Shown here: positions 9,679-18,648 of the stretch, one piece after another
How the letters are laid out: every line of letters starts with the position of its first letter
Numbering within the stretch: the first letter of the stretch is position 1
Assembly: GCA_929200255.1 (NCBI GenBank)
Contig: CAKMYZ010000002.1
Span: 262,854-326,853, forward strand
Reading direction: 5' to 3'
Origin: an uncultured Alphaproteobacteria bacterium
Lineage (GTDB): Bacteria; Pseudomonadota; Alphaproteobacteria; Rhodobacterales; Rhodobacteraceae
DNA: 64,000 nt
Notes under the pieces: generated by a model
Seen by the model: only the letters and a program-made list of their open reading frames with translations
Database searches by the model: none
What the model was told of the DNA's origin: nothing
Translations under genes and position numbers: made by a program

Positions 9679-11391
9679 ATGGCCCGCCACCTGATCACAT
9701 CCGCCATTCCCTACATCAACGGGATCAAACACCTCGGGAATCTGGTCGGCAGCCAACTGCCTGCCGACCTTTACGCCCGCTATTTGCGCCAGCGCGGGCA
9801 TGAGGTGTTGTTTCTGTGTGCCACGGACGAACACGGCACACCGGCAGAGCTGGCCGCGGCGAAGGCCGGTCAACCCGTCGCCGAATACTGTGCTGAAATG
9901 CATGCGGTGCAGTCCAGGATCGCAGACGGGTTCCGGCTCTCCTTTGATCACTTCGGCCGGTCTTCCAGCCCGCAAAACCATGCACTCACACAGGCTTTCG
10001 CCGGGCGGTTGGAAGAGATAGGCCTGATCCGGGAGGTCACGGAGGAGCAGGTCTATTCCAAGGCGGATGGCCGTTTCCTGCCGGACCGCTATATCGAAGG
10101 CACCTGCCCGAACTGCGGCTTTGAAAGTGCGCGCGGTGATCAATGCGACAACTGCACAAAGCAATTGGATCCCACGGATCTGATCAATCCCTATTCTACC
10201 ATCTCCGGCTCGACCGATTTGGAGGTCCGCGAAACCAAGCACCTCTATCTGCGCCAATCGCAGATGCGCGCCCAGCTTTCGGCCTGGATCGATAGCAAAA
10301 GGGATTGGCCGATACTGACGACCTCCATTGCCAAGAAGTGGCTCAACGACGGTGACGGGTTGCAGGATCGCGGCATCACCCGTGATCTTGACTGGGGCAT
10401 CCCGGTCAAAAAGGGCGACGCCGATTGGCCCGGCATGGAAGGCAAGGTATTCTATGTTTGGTTTGACGCCCCCATAGAATACATTGCCTGTGCGCAGGAA
10501 TGGGAAGATGCAGGTAAAGGCACCGATTGGGCGCGCTGGTGGCGCACCGATCAGGGTGCCGAGGATGTGACCTACACCCAGTTCATGGGCAAGGATAACG
10601 TGCCGTTCCACACGCTGTCCTTTCCGGCCACCATTCTGGGATCGCAAGAGCCCTGGAAGCTGGTCGATTACATCAAGTCGTTCAACTATCTGAACTATGA
10701 TGGTGGCCAGTTCAGCACGTCGCGCGGGCGTGGTGTGTTCATGGATCAGGCGCTGGAGCTTTTGCCGCCAGACTACTGGCGTTGGTGGCTTTTATCGCAT
10801 GCACCAGAATCGTCAGACGCTGAATTTACCTGGGAAAACTTCCAGACTGACGTGAACAAAGATCTTGCTGACGTCTTGGGTAACTTTGTTAGCCGAATTA
10901 CTAAGTTTTGCCGCTCCAAGTTTGGTGAAGCCGTGCCCGAAGGCGGCGCTTACGGCCCTGCCGAAGAGAAACTGATCGCCGACCTGACTACACGCTTGCG
11001 GGCGTATGAAGGGCACATGGACGCAATAGAGGTCCGCAAATCAGCCGCTGAATTGCGCGCCATCTGGGTGCTGGGCAATGAATACCTGCAAGCCAACGCC
11101 CCATGGACGACCTTCAAGACCGACCCGGACACCGCCGCGATGCAGGTCCGCCTCGCACTGAACCTGATCCGCATCTATGCGGTGTTGTCCGCCGCGTTTA
11201 TTCCTGATGCATCGCAAGTGATGATTGATGCGATGCAAACCAATGATGACGGCTGGCCCAAAGATGTCGCAGCAGCCGTTGAGGCCCTGCCAGCAGGCCA
11301 TGCCTTTACCGTGCCAGACAACCTGTTCCGCAAGATCACCGATGAAGAGCGTGACGCATGGGCCGAGCGCTTCGCCGGCACGCGAGAGTAA
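9679..11391 (+). CDS. metG: methionine--tRNA ligase
   Basis: 570 aa; class I HIGH-type motif ([10 protein letters not shown]), zinc knuckle CPNCG...CDNC, KMSKS-type motif (FSTSRG). Confidence 0.95.
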   Translation: MARHLITSAIPYINGIKHLGNLVGSQLPADLYARYLRQRGHEVLFLCATDEHGTPAELAAAKAGQPVAEYCAEMHAVQSRIADGFRLSFDHFGRSSSPQNHALTQAFAGRLEEIGLIREVTEEQVYSKADGRFLPDRYIEGTCPNCGFESARGDQCDNCTKQLDPTDLINPYSTISGSTDLEVRETKHLYLRQSQMRAQLSAWIDSKRDWPILTTSIAKKWLNDGDGLQDRGITRDLDWGIPVKKGDADWPGMEGKVFYVWFDAPIEYIACAQEWEDAGKGTDWARWWRTDQGAEDVTYTQFMGKDNVPFHTLSFPATILGSQEPWKLVDYIKSFNYLNYDGGQFSTSRGRGVFMDQALELLPPDYWRWWLLSHAPESSDAEFTWENFQTDVNKDLADVLGNFVSRITKFCRSKFGEAVPEGGAYGPAEEKLIADLTTRLRAYEGHMDAIEVRKSAAELRAIWVLGNEYLQANAPWTTFKTDPDTAAMQVRLALNLIRIYAVLSAAFIPDASQVMIDAMQTNDDGWPKDVAAAVEALPAGHAFTVPDNLFRKITDEERDAWAERFAGTRE

Positions 11392-11396
11392 CGGGC

Positions 11397-12104
11397 ATGA
11401 TCATCGGGCACATCGGGGCACGCGCGGGCAGCAAGGGAGTGCCAAACAAGAACTTCCGGATGCTGCATGGCAAACATCTGATCGACTGGTCGCTGGATCA
11501 GTTGATTGCGTCGGACCGTGTTGATCATGTTGTTGTGTCCACCGACTCGCCCGAAATCTACGAACACGGGCTCAAACGGGGGGGGCTGGATATCGGGTTA
11601 CGCCCTGCGCATCTGGCGACGGACACGGCGGCCAAATGGGATGTGTGGCAACATGCTTTGGCGCAGGTTGAGGTTCAGGTCGGGCCAGCGGATGCGTTTC
11701 TTGACCTCGATTGCACCTCGCCGCTGCGGTTGCCCCGGGACATCGACGCAGGCCTCGACCTATTTGAGGATGCGCAACCCGACATGGTCATGTCCTGCTG
11801 CGAAAGCCGCAAAAACCCCTATTTCAACATGCTGGAAACGGATGCGAAGGGCGCGCTGCATGTCTCAAAACCACTGCCCCACGGCGTTGTCGCCCGCCAA
11901 CAGGCGCCGATGGTCTACGATCATGTGGGATTGGTCTATGTGGTCAAGCCGCGTTACCTGCGCACGGCCAGCCGGTTGTTCGAAGGTCACGTGATCCCGC
12001 TGATCGTTCCCAATGAGCGCGGATTGGATGTCGACAGCCCTTTTGACTGGGACGTGATCGATTTCCTTTTGGGCAAGCAGATAGCCGAAGGGCTGCGCGA
12101 CTAG
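11397..12104 (+). CDS. acylneuraminate cytidylyltransferase family protein (CMP-nonulosonate synthetase-like)
   Basis: N-terminus IIGHIGARAGSKGVPNKN typical of NeuA/CMP-sugar synthetases; ATG 6 nt after the metG stop. Confidence 0.7.
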   Translation: MIIGHIGARAGSKGVPNKNFRMLHGKHLIDWSLDQLIASDRVDHVVVSTDSPEIYEHGLKRGGLDIGLRPAHLATDTAAKWDVWQHALAQVEVQVGPADAFLDLDCTSPLRLPRDIDAGLDLFEDAQPDMVMSCCESRKNPYFNMLETDAKGALHVSKPLPHGVVARQQAPMVYDHVGLVYVVKPRYLRTASRLFEGHVIPLIVPNERGLDVDSPFDWDVIDFLLGKQIAEGLRD

Positions 12105-12808
12105 CGCCAGCCTTGCCACGGCTTCAGCGCTGCCTGCTTGGCAGCAAAGCTCGCGGTCAGTGCATCACGGTCATATTCATCGCGGATCCAGTCGATGATC
12201 CCGATCTCTGCTTGTGCATTGCGGGCCTCATAGACCTCCAGGAAGTGGTCCAGAATCCCGGTCGATGACCGCCGAATATGCAGATACTGAAAACTCAACT
12301 GCTTGCGCGCGACAGCAATCGAGGCACCTTCATGCACGATCAGATACAACGCAGCCACCAAACCGGTGCGATCCGCACCTGATTTACAGTGCAACAAAAA
12401 GGGGCGCTCCATCGTCTCAAACGCCGCAAACAACCGCAGCAACGCCTCTTTATGGGGGGACTGGCGCGCCGACATGTGGATCGAAATCAGATTGAGTCCA
12501 AGCTTCTGACAGCTTTCCTCCTCGAATAAATAATGGGCCTCCTTTGACCCACCCCGCAGGTTCAGCACCGTCTTGACGCCCATCTTGGCATAGGCCGCGA
12601 ACCGTTTGTGGTCTGGTTGGTTGGACCGATAGACTCCGCCTGCCACCTTGTCGAAGTTGTGCCAGCAAACCCGCAGAATTCCATGATCCAGCCATGTCAT
12701 GGAACGTTGCGCACGTTTCCGTTCGACCGGGTCAGTGATGTTTCTCCCCATAGACTTGCGCAACGCGCGTTCCTTTTCGTCCAGTGTGTTGAGGATTTTA
12801 CGGATCAT
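12101..12808 (-). CDS. protein-tyrosine/dual-specificity phosphatase-fold protein
   Basis: CX5R active-site loop HCKSGADRTG; 235 aa. Confidence 0.7.
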   Translation of the reverse strand: MIRKILNTLDEKERALRKSMGRNITDPVERKRAQRSMTWLDHGILRVCWHNFDKVAGGVYRSNQPDHKRFAAYAKMGVKTVLNLRGGSKEAHYLFEEESCQKLGLNLISIHMSARQSPHKEALLRLFAAFETMERPFLLHCKSGADRTGLVAALYLIVHEGASIAVARKQLSFQYLHIRRSSTGILDHFLEVYEARNAQAEIGIIDWIRDEYDRDALTASFAAKQAALKPWQGWR

Positions 12809-12936
12809 TTTGTACCATCAATAACGCTGCCGGTGACTTGGACCATGGACCGCCCATTTGCAATGGTGAACCTACGATTGCCTGCCCGTGTGAAACCTCA
12901 TAAACACAGGCAACCACTGCAAGCAGGAGCGTGAAT

Positions 12937-13968
12937 ATGCAGATCGCCGGCCGCAAGATCGGACCAGAGCACCCCCCGCTCGTCATCGCTGAAATCGGGA
13001 TCAACCATGGTGGTGACCTTGCCGTGGCCAAGGACATGGTGCGCCTTGCCGCCGGTGCGGGCTGCGAGATGATCAAACATCAGACCCACATCATCGAAGA
13101 TGAAATGACCGAAGAGGCCAAAGAAATTTTTCCGCCCAATGCTGATGTGTCGATCTGGGATGTCATGGCCGCATGCGCCCTGTCGCTTGAGGATGAGGCA
13201 GAGCTGAAACGCTATACCGAAAGCCTTGGCATGATCTGGATCTCTACCCCCTTCTCGCGGGCGGCTGCGGATTTCCTGCATGAACTGGACGTGCCTGCGT
13301 TCAAGATCGGATCGGGTGAGGCCGACAACCTACCGCTGATCCGCCATATCGCACGGATGGGCAAACCGGTGATCATGTCCACCGGCATGCAAAGCATCGA
13401 GGCGATAAAAGCTTCGGTCGCGATATTGGACGGCGCCGGTGTTGAATACGCCCTGATGGAATGTACGAACCTTTACCCCTCACCGCCCGAAATTGTCTCT
13501 TTGCAAGGTGTTACAGACCTAAGAGACGCGTTCCCCAACGCCGTGGTAGGTTTCTCTGATCATTCCATCGGGCCCGAGATGGCGTTGGCCTCTGTCGCAC
13601 TGGGGGCTTGTATCCTTGAACGGCACTACACCGACACCCGCTATCGCAAGGGCCCCGACATCATCAATTCGATGGACCCGGCTGAGCTACGCCACCTGAT
13701 CGACCGTTCGCGCGAAATCCACATTGCGCTGCACAACCCCAAAGAACGCACAAGCGCCGAAGAGGACGTCTACCGCTTTGCCCGCGCATCCGTCGTCGCA
13801 GACAGGGACCTGCCTGCGGGCCATGTCATCACCGAGGCCGATATCTGGGCCCGCCGCCCCGGCTCTGGCCAGATCGCGGGGTATGATTTTGACAAGGTGG
13901 TTGGGAAAAAACTGAAACGAGCGGTGAAACGAAACACCCAACTGACCTGGGACGCGCTTGATGGCTGA
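12937..13968 (+). CDS. neuB: N-acetylneuraminate (nonulosonate) synthase family protein
   Basis: NeuB signature PLVIAEIGINHGGDL plus a C-terminal SAF-like domain; ATG 12937 has AGGAG 7 nt upstream (the GTG at 12931 is too close to it). Confidence 0.8.
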   Translation: MQIAGRKIGPEHPPLVIAEIGINHGGDLAVAKDMVRLAAGAGCEMIKHQTHIIEDEMTEEAKEIFPPNADVSIWDVMAACALSLEDEAELKRYTESLGMIWISTPFSRAAADFLHELDVPAFKIGSGEADNLPLIRHIARMGKPVIMSTGMQSIEAIKASVAILDGAGVEYALMECTNLYPSPPEIVSLQGVTDLRDAFPNAVVGFSDHSIGPEMALASVALGACILERHYTDTRYRKGPDIINSMDPAELRHLIDRSREIHIALHNPKERTSAEEDVYRFARASVVADRDLPAGHVITEADIWARRPGSGQIAGYDFDKVVGKKLKRAVKRNTQLTWDALDG

Positions 13969-14746
13969 GCCACTTTCGCGTGCGGATCTGGGCGTGTGGC
14001 TGATCAACCTAGATCGCGACATCAACAGGCGTACAGAGATGGAGCGGCAGTTGGACAACCTCAACCTGCCCTACACCCGCTTTCCTGCAATCTATGGCAA
14101 GGATCACACCGAAGATCTGTTGAAACGCGCGGATGCCAACGCATATGCCCGCAACATGGGCAGCCCGATCCTGCCCGGAAAAATGGGATGCTACGCAAGC
14201 CACATCGCTGTATGGGAGGCATTCCTAGCCTCGGGTCACAAGGTTGCGCTGATCCTCGAAGACGACGTGGTGTTCCACGATGACTTTCTGGAAAGTCTTG
14301 ATCTGGCGCTGACTGCTGCTGATCACTGGGACACTCTGCGCTTCAATTGTATCCGTGCTAAATTACCAATAAGTCAGGGAAAAGTCGGAAAATATACGCT
14401 GAACGCCTACGCGGGGCCCTTCACTGGCAATGCCACCTATTTGCTCAAGAAAGAGGTCGCGCGGCGGATACTGCCCAACCTCTGGCCACAGACACGTGCA
14501 TTTGATCATGAACTCAATCGCTTCTTCCGCCATGATTTCCGCCAGTTCGGGCTGGAACCGTTTTCGTCCCATGTTGATGATGGCGACGTCAGTTCCATCA
14601 CCGGGACAGGATTTGCGTTGGTGCAGAAATTCAAATGGTACAAGCGCATGCCGCACTATCGCTTGAAAGCCGCCAACTACTTTCGACGGGCCGCATGGCT
14701 GTTGCGTAGGGGGCGGATCATCCCAAAACATCGGCCTTTGGGTTAA
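13961..14746 (+). CDS. glycosyltransferase family 25 (LOS/LPS glycosyltransferase)
   Basis: GT25 pattern (WLINLDRDINRR, GCYASH, ALILEDD); 8-nt overlap with the neuB end. Confidence 0.75.
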   Translation: MAEPLSRADLGVWLINLDRDINRRTEMERQLDNLNLPYTRFPAIYGKDHTEDLLKRADANAYARNMGSPILPGKMGCYASHIAVWEAFLASGHKVALILEDDVVFHDDFLESLDLALTAADHWDTLRFNCIRAKLPISQGKVGKYTLNAYAGPFTGNATYLLKKEVARRILPNLWPQTRAFDHELNRFFRHDFRQFGLEPFSSHVDDGDVSSITGTGFALVQKFKWYKRMPHYRLKAANYFRRAAWLLRRGRIIPKHRPLG

Positions 14747-14779
14747 AGCACCCACCGTTCGCCAGAAAGCAGGTAGGTC

Positions 14780-15913
14780 TTGCAAAGCGCCATTCACACC
14801 CTCGCGTCTTATCGCGCCAACCCCGATATCTTTGGACAGCGGGGCATTGCGCGCAATGTCACGGTGAAAGACCCGGTGTTTTGGGACCAATATGACAATG
14901 ACACGCTGATCTATGATGCGATCTGGCTTGAACAGGATAAGGTAGTGCGGTTGTTTTTCCCCAAACTGCTAGCGTTTCAGTCACCTCTTCAAGCGGCAAC
15001 CTGGAAGATTGATAGCAAAGTGCAGAGGTCCAAGCGCCTACGGCGTTACGGGGTCTATGACACCCTCGATATCCCCTGCGATACCCATCCGAACAAAATG
15101 GAGCTTTGCCTCGCTGATCATGTGCAACAGATCATGGTGAACCGTGCGGATTATGGCCGGTTCGCGGGCCGAAATGTGCTCTATACCCAAATCAAGGATG
15201 ACGACCTAGTGTGGATACGCAGTTGGGTCCTCGCCCACCAGCACAACCATGGCGTTGACGCGGTTCTGATCGGGAACAACAACAGCGCCAACTACACCAG
15301 CGGAAAACTACGTGAAACTATTGCCGACATCGATGGAATTGCTGTGGCAGACGTGATTGACGTGCCGTTGCGCTATGGCCCGTTGCCACGCGCCGCAACC
15401 AATGCCGGTCGACAGACGTTCCTACAAACGGCATTGCAAAACATTGTACACGACCGCTGGATGTGCCACGCGCGCGGTATCATACTATGTGATGTAGATG
15501 AACTGGTGGTGGCGAACAATGGCCGCAGTATCTTCGACCATACTGCCGAATCTAGACTGAAGTTTACGCGCTTTGCTGGTCAATGGCGTTATCGCAGGCA
15601 ACAAGATGGCCCTGTGCATCACAAAGATCACATCTATGCCCATCCAGGCTCACAGCACTGCCCCAGCAAGTACTGTGTCGTTCCGAACAGTGTGATGGGG
15701 CGCAGATCTTGGGCCATACATTCGCTTGAAGGCGTCAACCGGCGCCTATTCCCGGCATCACGCAACTATTTGTTTTATCACTGCAGGAGCATTTCAACAT
15801 CCTGGAAAAACATGCGCGGCAGACCGGCATCGGCAAGCATGGTGCGAGACGACGAAACTGCGGCATTCATGGCACGAACCTTTTCCGATCATCCTGAAGA
15901 TCGCCAGGTGTAG
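14780..15913 (+). CDS. putative glycosyltransferase (GT2/GT92-like), poorly characterised
   Basis: 377-aa ORF with a DxD-type motif (ILCDVDELVV); only a TTG start is available at the 5-prime end; lower GC than the core genes. Confidence 0.4.
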   Translation: MQSAIHTLASYRANPDIFGQRGIARNVTVKDPVFWDQYDNDTLIYDAIWLEQDKVVRLFFPKLLAFQSPLQAATWKIDSKVQRSKRLRRYGVYDTLDIPCDTHPNKMELCLADHVQQIMVNRADYGRFAGRNVLYTQIKDDDLVWIRSWVLAHQHNHGVDAVLIGNNNSANYTSGKLRETIADIDGIAVADVIDVPLRYGPLPRAATNAGRQTFLQTALQNIVHDRWMCHARGIILCDVDELVVANNGRSIFDHTAESRLKFTRFAGQWRYRRQQDGPVHHKDHIYAHPGSQHCPSKYCVVPNSVMGRRSWAIHSLEGVNRRLFPASRNYLFYHCRSISTSWKNMRGRPASASMVRDDETAAFMARTFSDHPEDRQV

Positions 15914-15972
15914 GGTTAGGGCGTCCTGTCGCGCAGGGCTGACAAGTTCTCATCTTGCACCACGCTAAATGA

Positions 15973-15987
15973 GAACATAACATGAAC
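15973..15987 (+). promoter_or_regulatory. candidate alphaproteobacterial LexA (SOS) box GAAC-N7-GAAC
   Basis: GAACATAACATGAAC read directly, ending 3 nt before ATG 15990 of an SOS-cassette remnant. Confidence 0.5.
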
Positions 15988-15989
15988 AT

Positions 15990-16493
15990 ATGCCACGCTT
16001 CGCCCTCTCAGAAAGGCTCACCATCCTTAGTGATTCCGCCCACGATGATGCCGTTTGCGCGTCCAGCAGGACGCCGCGCCGTGACATCCGCGATGGCGGG
16101 AAGCTGGGATCAACAGAAGGGTCAGGCATCTGTCACACCTACCTCTCCGATGACCATGGCATCAGCTTGCTCAAAACCCTGATAACTAGTTTCTATAATT
16201 CTGACGATGCGTTTTGCATCAACCGCACATCCATCAACGCGCAGCGCGCACGGTTTTCGGTGGATCTAGCCATTGCATTCTGTCGACGCAACGACGTTGA
16301 GAGGCTCCTCTCATCTTCAGGCGTCATCCACCCAGAAAACCGTATGATGGAAAACACGAGGTGGATCGGGGCCGCCCTGAAAAAGGTGAATGCCTTCATC
16401 GCTGCCCATGATTGGTCGACCTGCGCGCCAACAGACACGAAAGCCCCGCGCGCCCGTCTTGCCCCGCCACGCAAACACATGAGCCTCTTTTGA
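15990..16493 (+). pseudogene. decayed remnant of the putative DNA modification/repair radical SAM protein (TIGR03916-like)
   Basis: N-terminal pattern matches the family as I recall it (LTILSDSA..CASS...GICH...ISLLKTLITSF....FCINR...RARF...LSSSGVI), but the CxxxCxxC triad reads YNSDDAFC and the ORF is only 167 aa. Confidence 0.5.
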
Positions 16494-17176
16494 TGTACAC
16501 AGTTCCCTTGCCCCGGGTCGGCACAGATGCTGCCTGGCGTGATGCCGCCAAGCGCCTGATTGGCGCCGGTATCTCACCTACGGATGTCCTATGGGACTTT
16601 GGCGCAGAAATGGGGGAACTCTTTGCCACTGCGACTCCATTGCCACCCGTCACCCGTAGGATCAAGGCACCGCAAAGTTTTGTCAGCCTGGCCAATACTG
16701 TGGTCTGGCACAAGGAGCCGAAACGCTTTGCCCGGCTTTACGCAATGCTCTGGCGATTGCGGCACGAGTCCGGGCTGATGCACGACCGGACAGACCCAGA
16801 ACTGGCCAAATTGCGTCAGATGGAAAAGAGCGTTCAGCGCTGCAAGCACAAGATGAAGGCCTGCCTGCGTTTCAGAGATCTACGCCAGGGCGGCACGCGG
16901 CGCAGCTTTGCCGCATGGTTTGAGCCGACCCACCACACAATTGAGCCCACCGCCCCTTATTTTGCTCGGCGTTTTGCCGATATGGATTGGATGATCGCAA
17001 CACCGGATGTCACCGCACAATTCGTCGATGGGAACCTGTCCTTCTACCCCGGCCAGCCCAAACCTGATCTTCCTGAAGACGCAGCAGAAGCGCTCTGGCG
17101 CACATATTTCTGCGATATCTTCAAGCCAGTACAGCTGAAGCTCGGTGCGATGCCCCCTGAGACGCTCAAGCAATGA
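16493..17176 (+). pseudogene. DUF4130/TIGR03915-like DNA-metabolism protein, C-terminally disrupted, UDG-like partner region absent
   Basis: Starts MYTVPLPRVGTDAAWRDAAKRL at a TGATG junction with the upstream remnant; ends inside the conserved LWRTYF..IF.P..LK..AMP motif at a TGA, with residual NQPEA-like sequence after the stop. Confidence 0.45.
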
Positions 17177-17230
17177 TCGCAGAACCAGCCAGAGGCCCGG
17201 CATCTTCACGGGCTGATCATCCAAGGCGGG

Positions 17231-17605
17231 CTAGCCGAATGGATTGATTTGCCGGCTGTCCCGACTGCCCAACAATGCACAACCATACTCGGCCTCGACA
17301 TTCCGTGAGATACGCGCGATTTCAGCGTTCACCTCTGCCCGAACACCAAGGCCAGCGGCAAACCCACCGCCACTTTCGCGGGCAAAGCGGTTTTGCGCTT
17401 CCAGGATGGCACCATCGACATAGCGGTGCGCTGCGGCGGCATTTGACGTGGACTGGCAGGCATAGCTGCGCAGGGTGACACCATCCGCGCTCATCACTTC
17501 GACATTTGTGCGGCCGGGGTAGGATTGGGATGACAGTGTCGGGCCAGAACACGCCGCCAACCCGGCGATCATGATCAAAGCTCCTGCAAAATGTAGACGG
17601 TTCAC
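17231..17605 (-). CDS. lipoprotein, unknown function
   Basis: GTG 17605 preceded by AGGAG 8 nt upstream; signal peptide with lipobox (IAGLAACSG). Confidence 0.5.
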   Translation of the reverse strand: MNRLHFAGALIMIAGLAACSGPTLSSQSYPGRTNVEVMSADGVTLRSYACQSTSNAAAAHRYVDGAILEAQNRFARESGGGFAAGLGVRAEVNAEIARISRNVEAEYGCALLGSRDSRQINPFG

Positions 17606-17640
17606 TATGCACACTCCTCTTTGACAGTCGCGGCAATGCT

Positions 17641-17748
17641 GACCGGCCAATCGGGCAAGAGTATGGCAAAGCTGACTACATTGGCGACCCGCCTATTGCC
17701 GATGCCTTCATGGATCGTGTGCCGGCCGATGGTTACGATCATGTTTAA
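17641..17748 (+). mobile_element. possible scar of an IstB-type (IS21-family) helper ATPase C-terminus
   Basis: Frame translates to ...YIGDPPIADAFMDRV...*, resembling the GDPxxADAxxDRL C-terminal motif; only about 35 codons and no intact ORF. Confidence 0.25.
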
Positions 17749-17763
17749 CTGATCGTTCCAAAT

Positions 17764-18648
17764 CTATCTCTCTGGCTTAGAAATGTTGATTTGCTCAATG
17801 TCGCCCAACATGCGCCGGGCTGTGTCGGACTCCAAAAAACGATCTGGGTAGGCGGCAATCTGAGCATCGATTTTATTGGCTTGTGCGTCTGAGAGCCCAT
17901 CCAAGAGTGATCTGGCGTTGCGCGCTCTATCCAGTAACAAGTTCCATAGTGTTCCATTCACGGGAAATGGGTGCGTGAAGCGGCCTTCGCTACACGCAAT
18001 CCTATTCCAGGAGAGGTAATTGTCTGGATTAGCGACCTTACCCAAAATGATTAGAGGCCCCAACTTAGTATAAGTCGCGCAAAAAGATCCAGACTCTGAA
18101 AATATTAGGTCGCGCTCGACTACTCTATGGATGAAGCGGTTCCAATTCTGTGGAAGGCCTTCTGCGTCAAAATTCGTGAAGTAGCCCGGGTACAGTAAGT
18201 ATAAACTATTGAGACCGGGAGATTTAGCCTTACCGAGGAGATAGTTGCGCCAGTTCGTTTCGACCCTTCCCACCTTCGATGACTCCAAAGGGCGCTCAAT
18301 GGAGACAGAGCGGAACTGCAATGAGTGTATCGTTCGTATCGCCAAAGATGCAGCAAACCCGGCAAGCCAAGGCCCGTACCAACCAGAAAGCTTTTCTGAT
18401 CTTGTGGCGGGTGCAAACAACTTGACTCGTGCCTTGCCTTCAAATTTGGAAATTAGTTGTTCACAGGCCTCACAATAGAGTTTGTGCTTGTCGCCATCCT
18501 GTACTCTGCGATTGATCTGACTGCCTTGCCGCAGATATGGCGTTCCGCCAGTTTCAATAAGCCATCGAAAGACGAATTTTGGGATTATGTGGCTGTCACA
18601 AAGCGGCGTGTTTGCCTTGCACAGCCAACATTGATTTTCTCCACTCAA
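17764..18648 (-). CDS. hypothetical Cys-rich protein with N-terminal HNH-like (CxxC...H...CxxC) pattern
   Basis: 294-aa ORF. The only canonical start is TTG 18648, which overlaps the parE TGA (TTGA), with GGAGGAG 8 nt upstream. Hand counts on three 60-nt lines gave 43-53 percent GC, against about 57 percent on one parE line. Confidence 0.55.
   Translation of the reverse strand: MSGENQCWLCKANTPLCDSHIIPKFVFRWLIETGGTPYLRQGSQINRRVQDGDKHKLYCEACEQLISKFEGKARVKLFAPATRSEKLSGWYGPWLAGFAASLAIRTIHSLQFRSVSIERPLESSKVGRVETNWRNYLLGKAKSPGLNSLYLLYPGYFTNFDAEGLPQNWNRFIHRVVERDLIFSESGSFCATYTKLGPLIILGKVANPDNYLSWNRIACSEGRFTHPFPVNGTLWNLLLDRARNARSLLDGLSDAQANKIDAQIAAYPDRFLESDTARRMLGDIEQINISKPER

Noticed and set aside
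9592-10647. 351-aa ORF antisense to metG
   Set aside because: It lies entirely within the clearly recognisable metG gene on the other strand. It is a typical high-GC shadow ORF with Arg/Gly/Ala-rich low-complexity translation.
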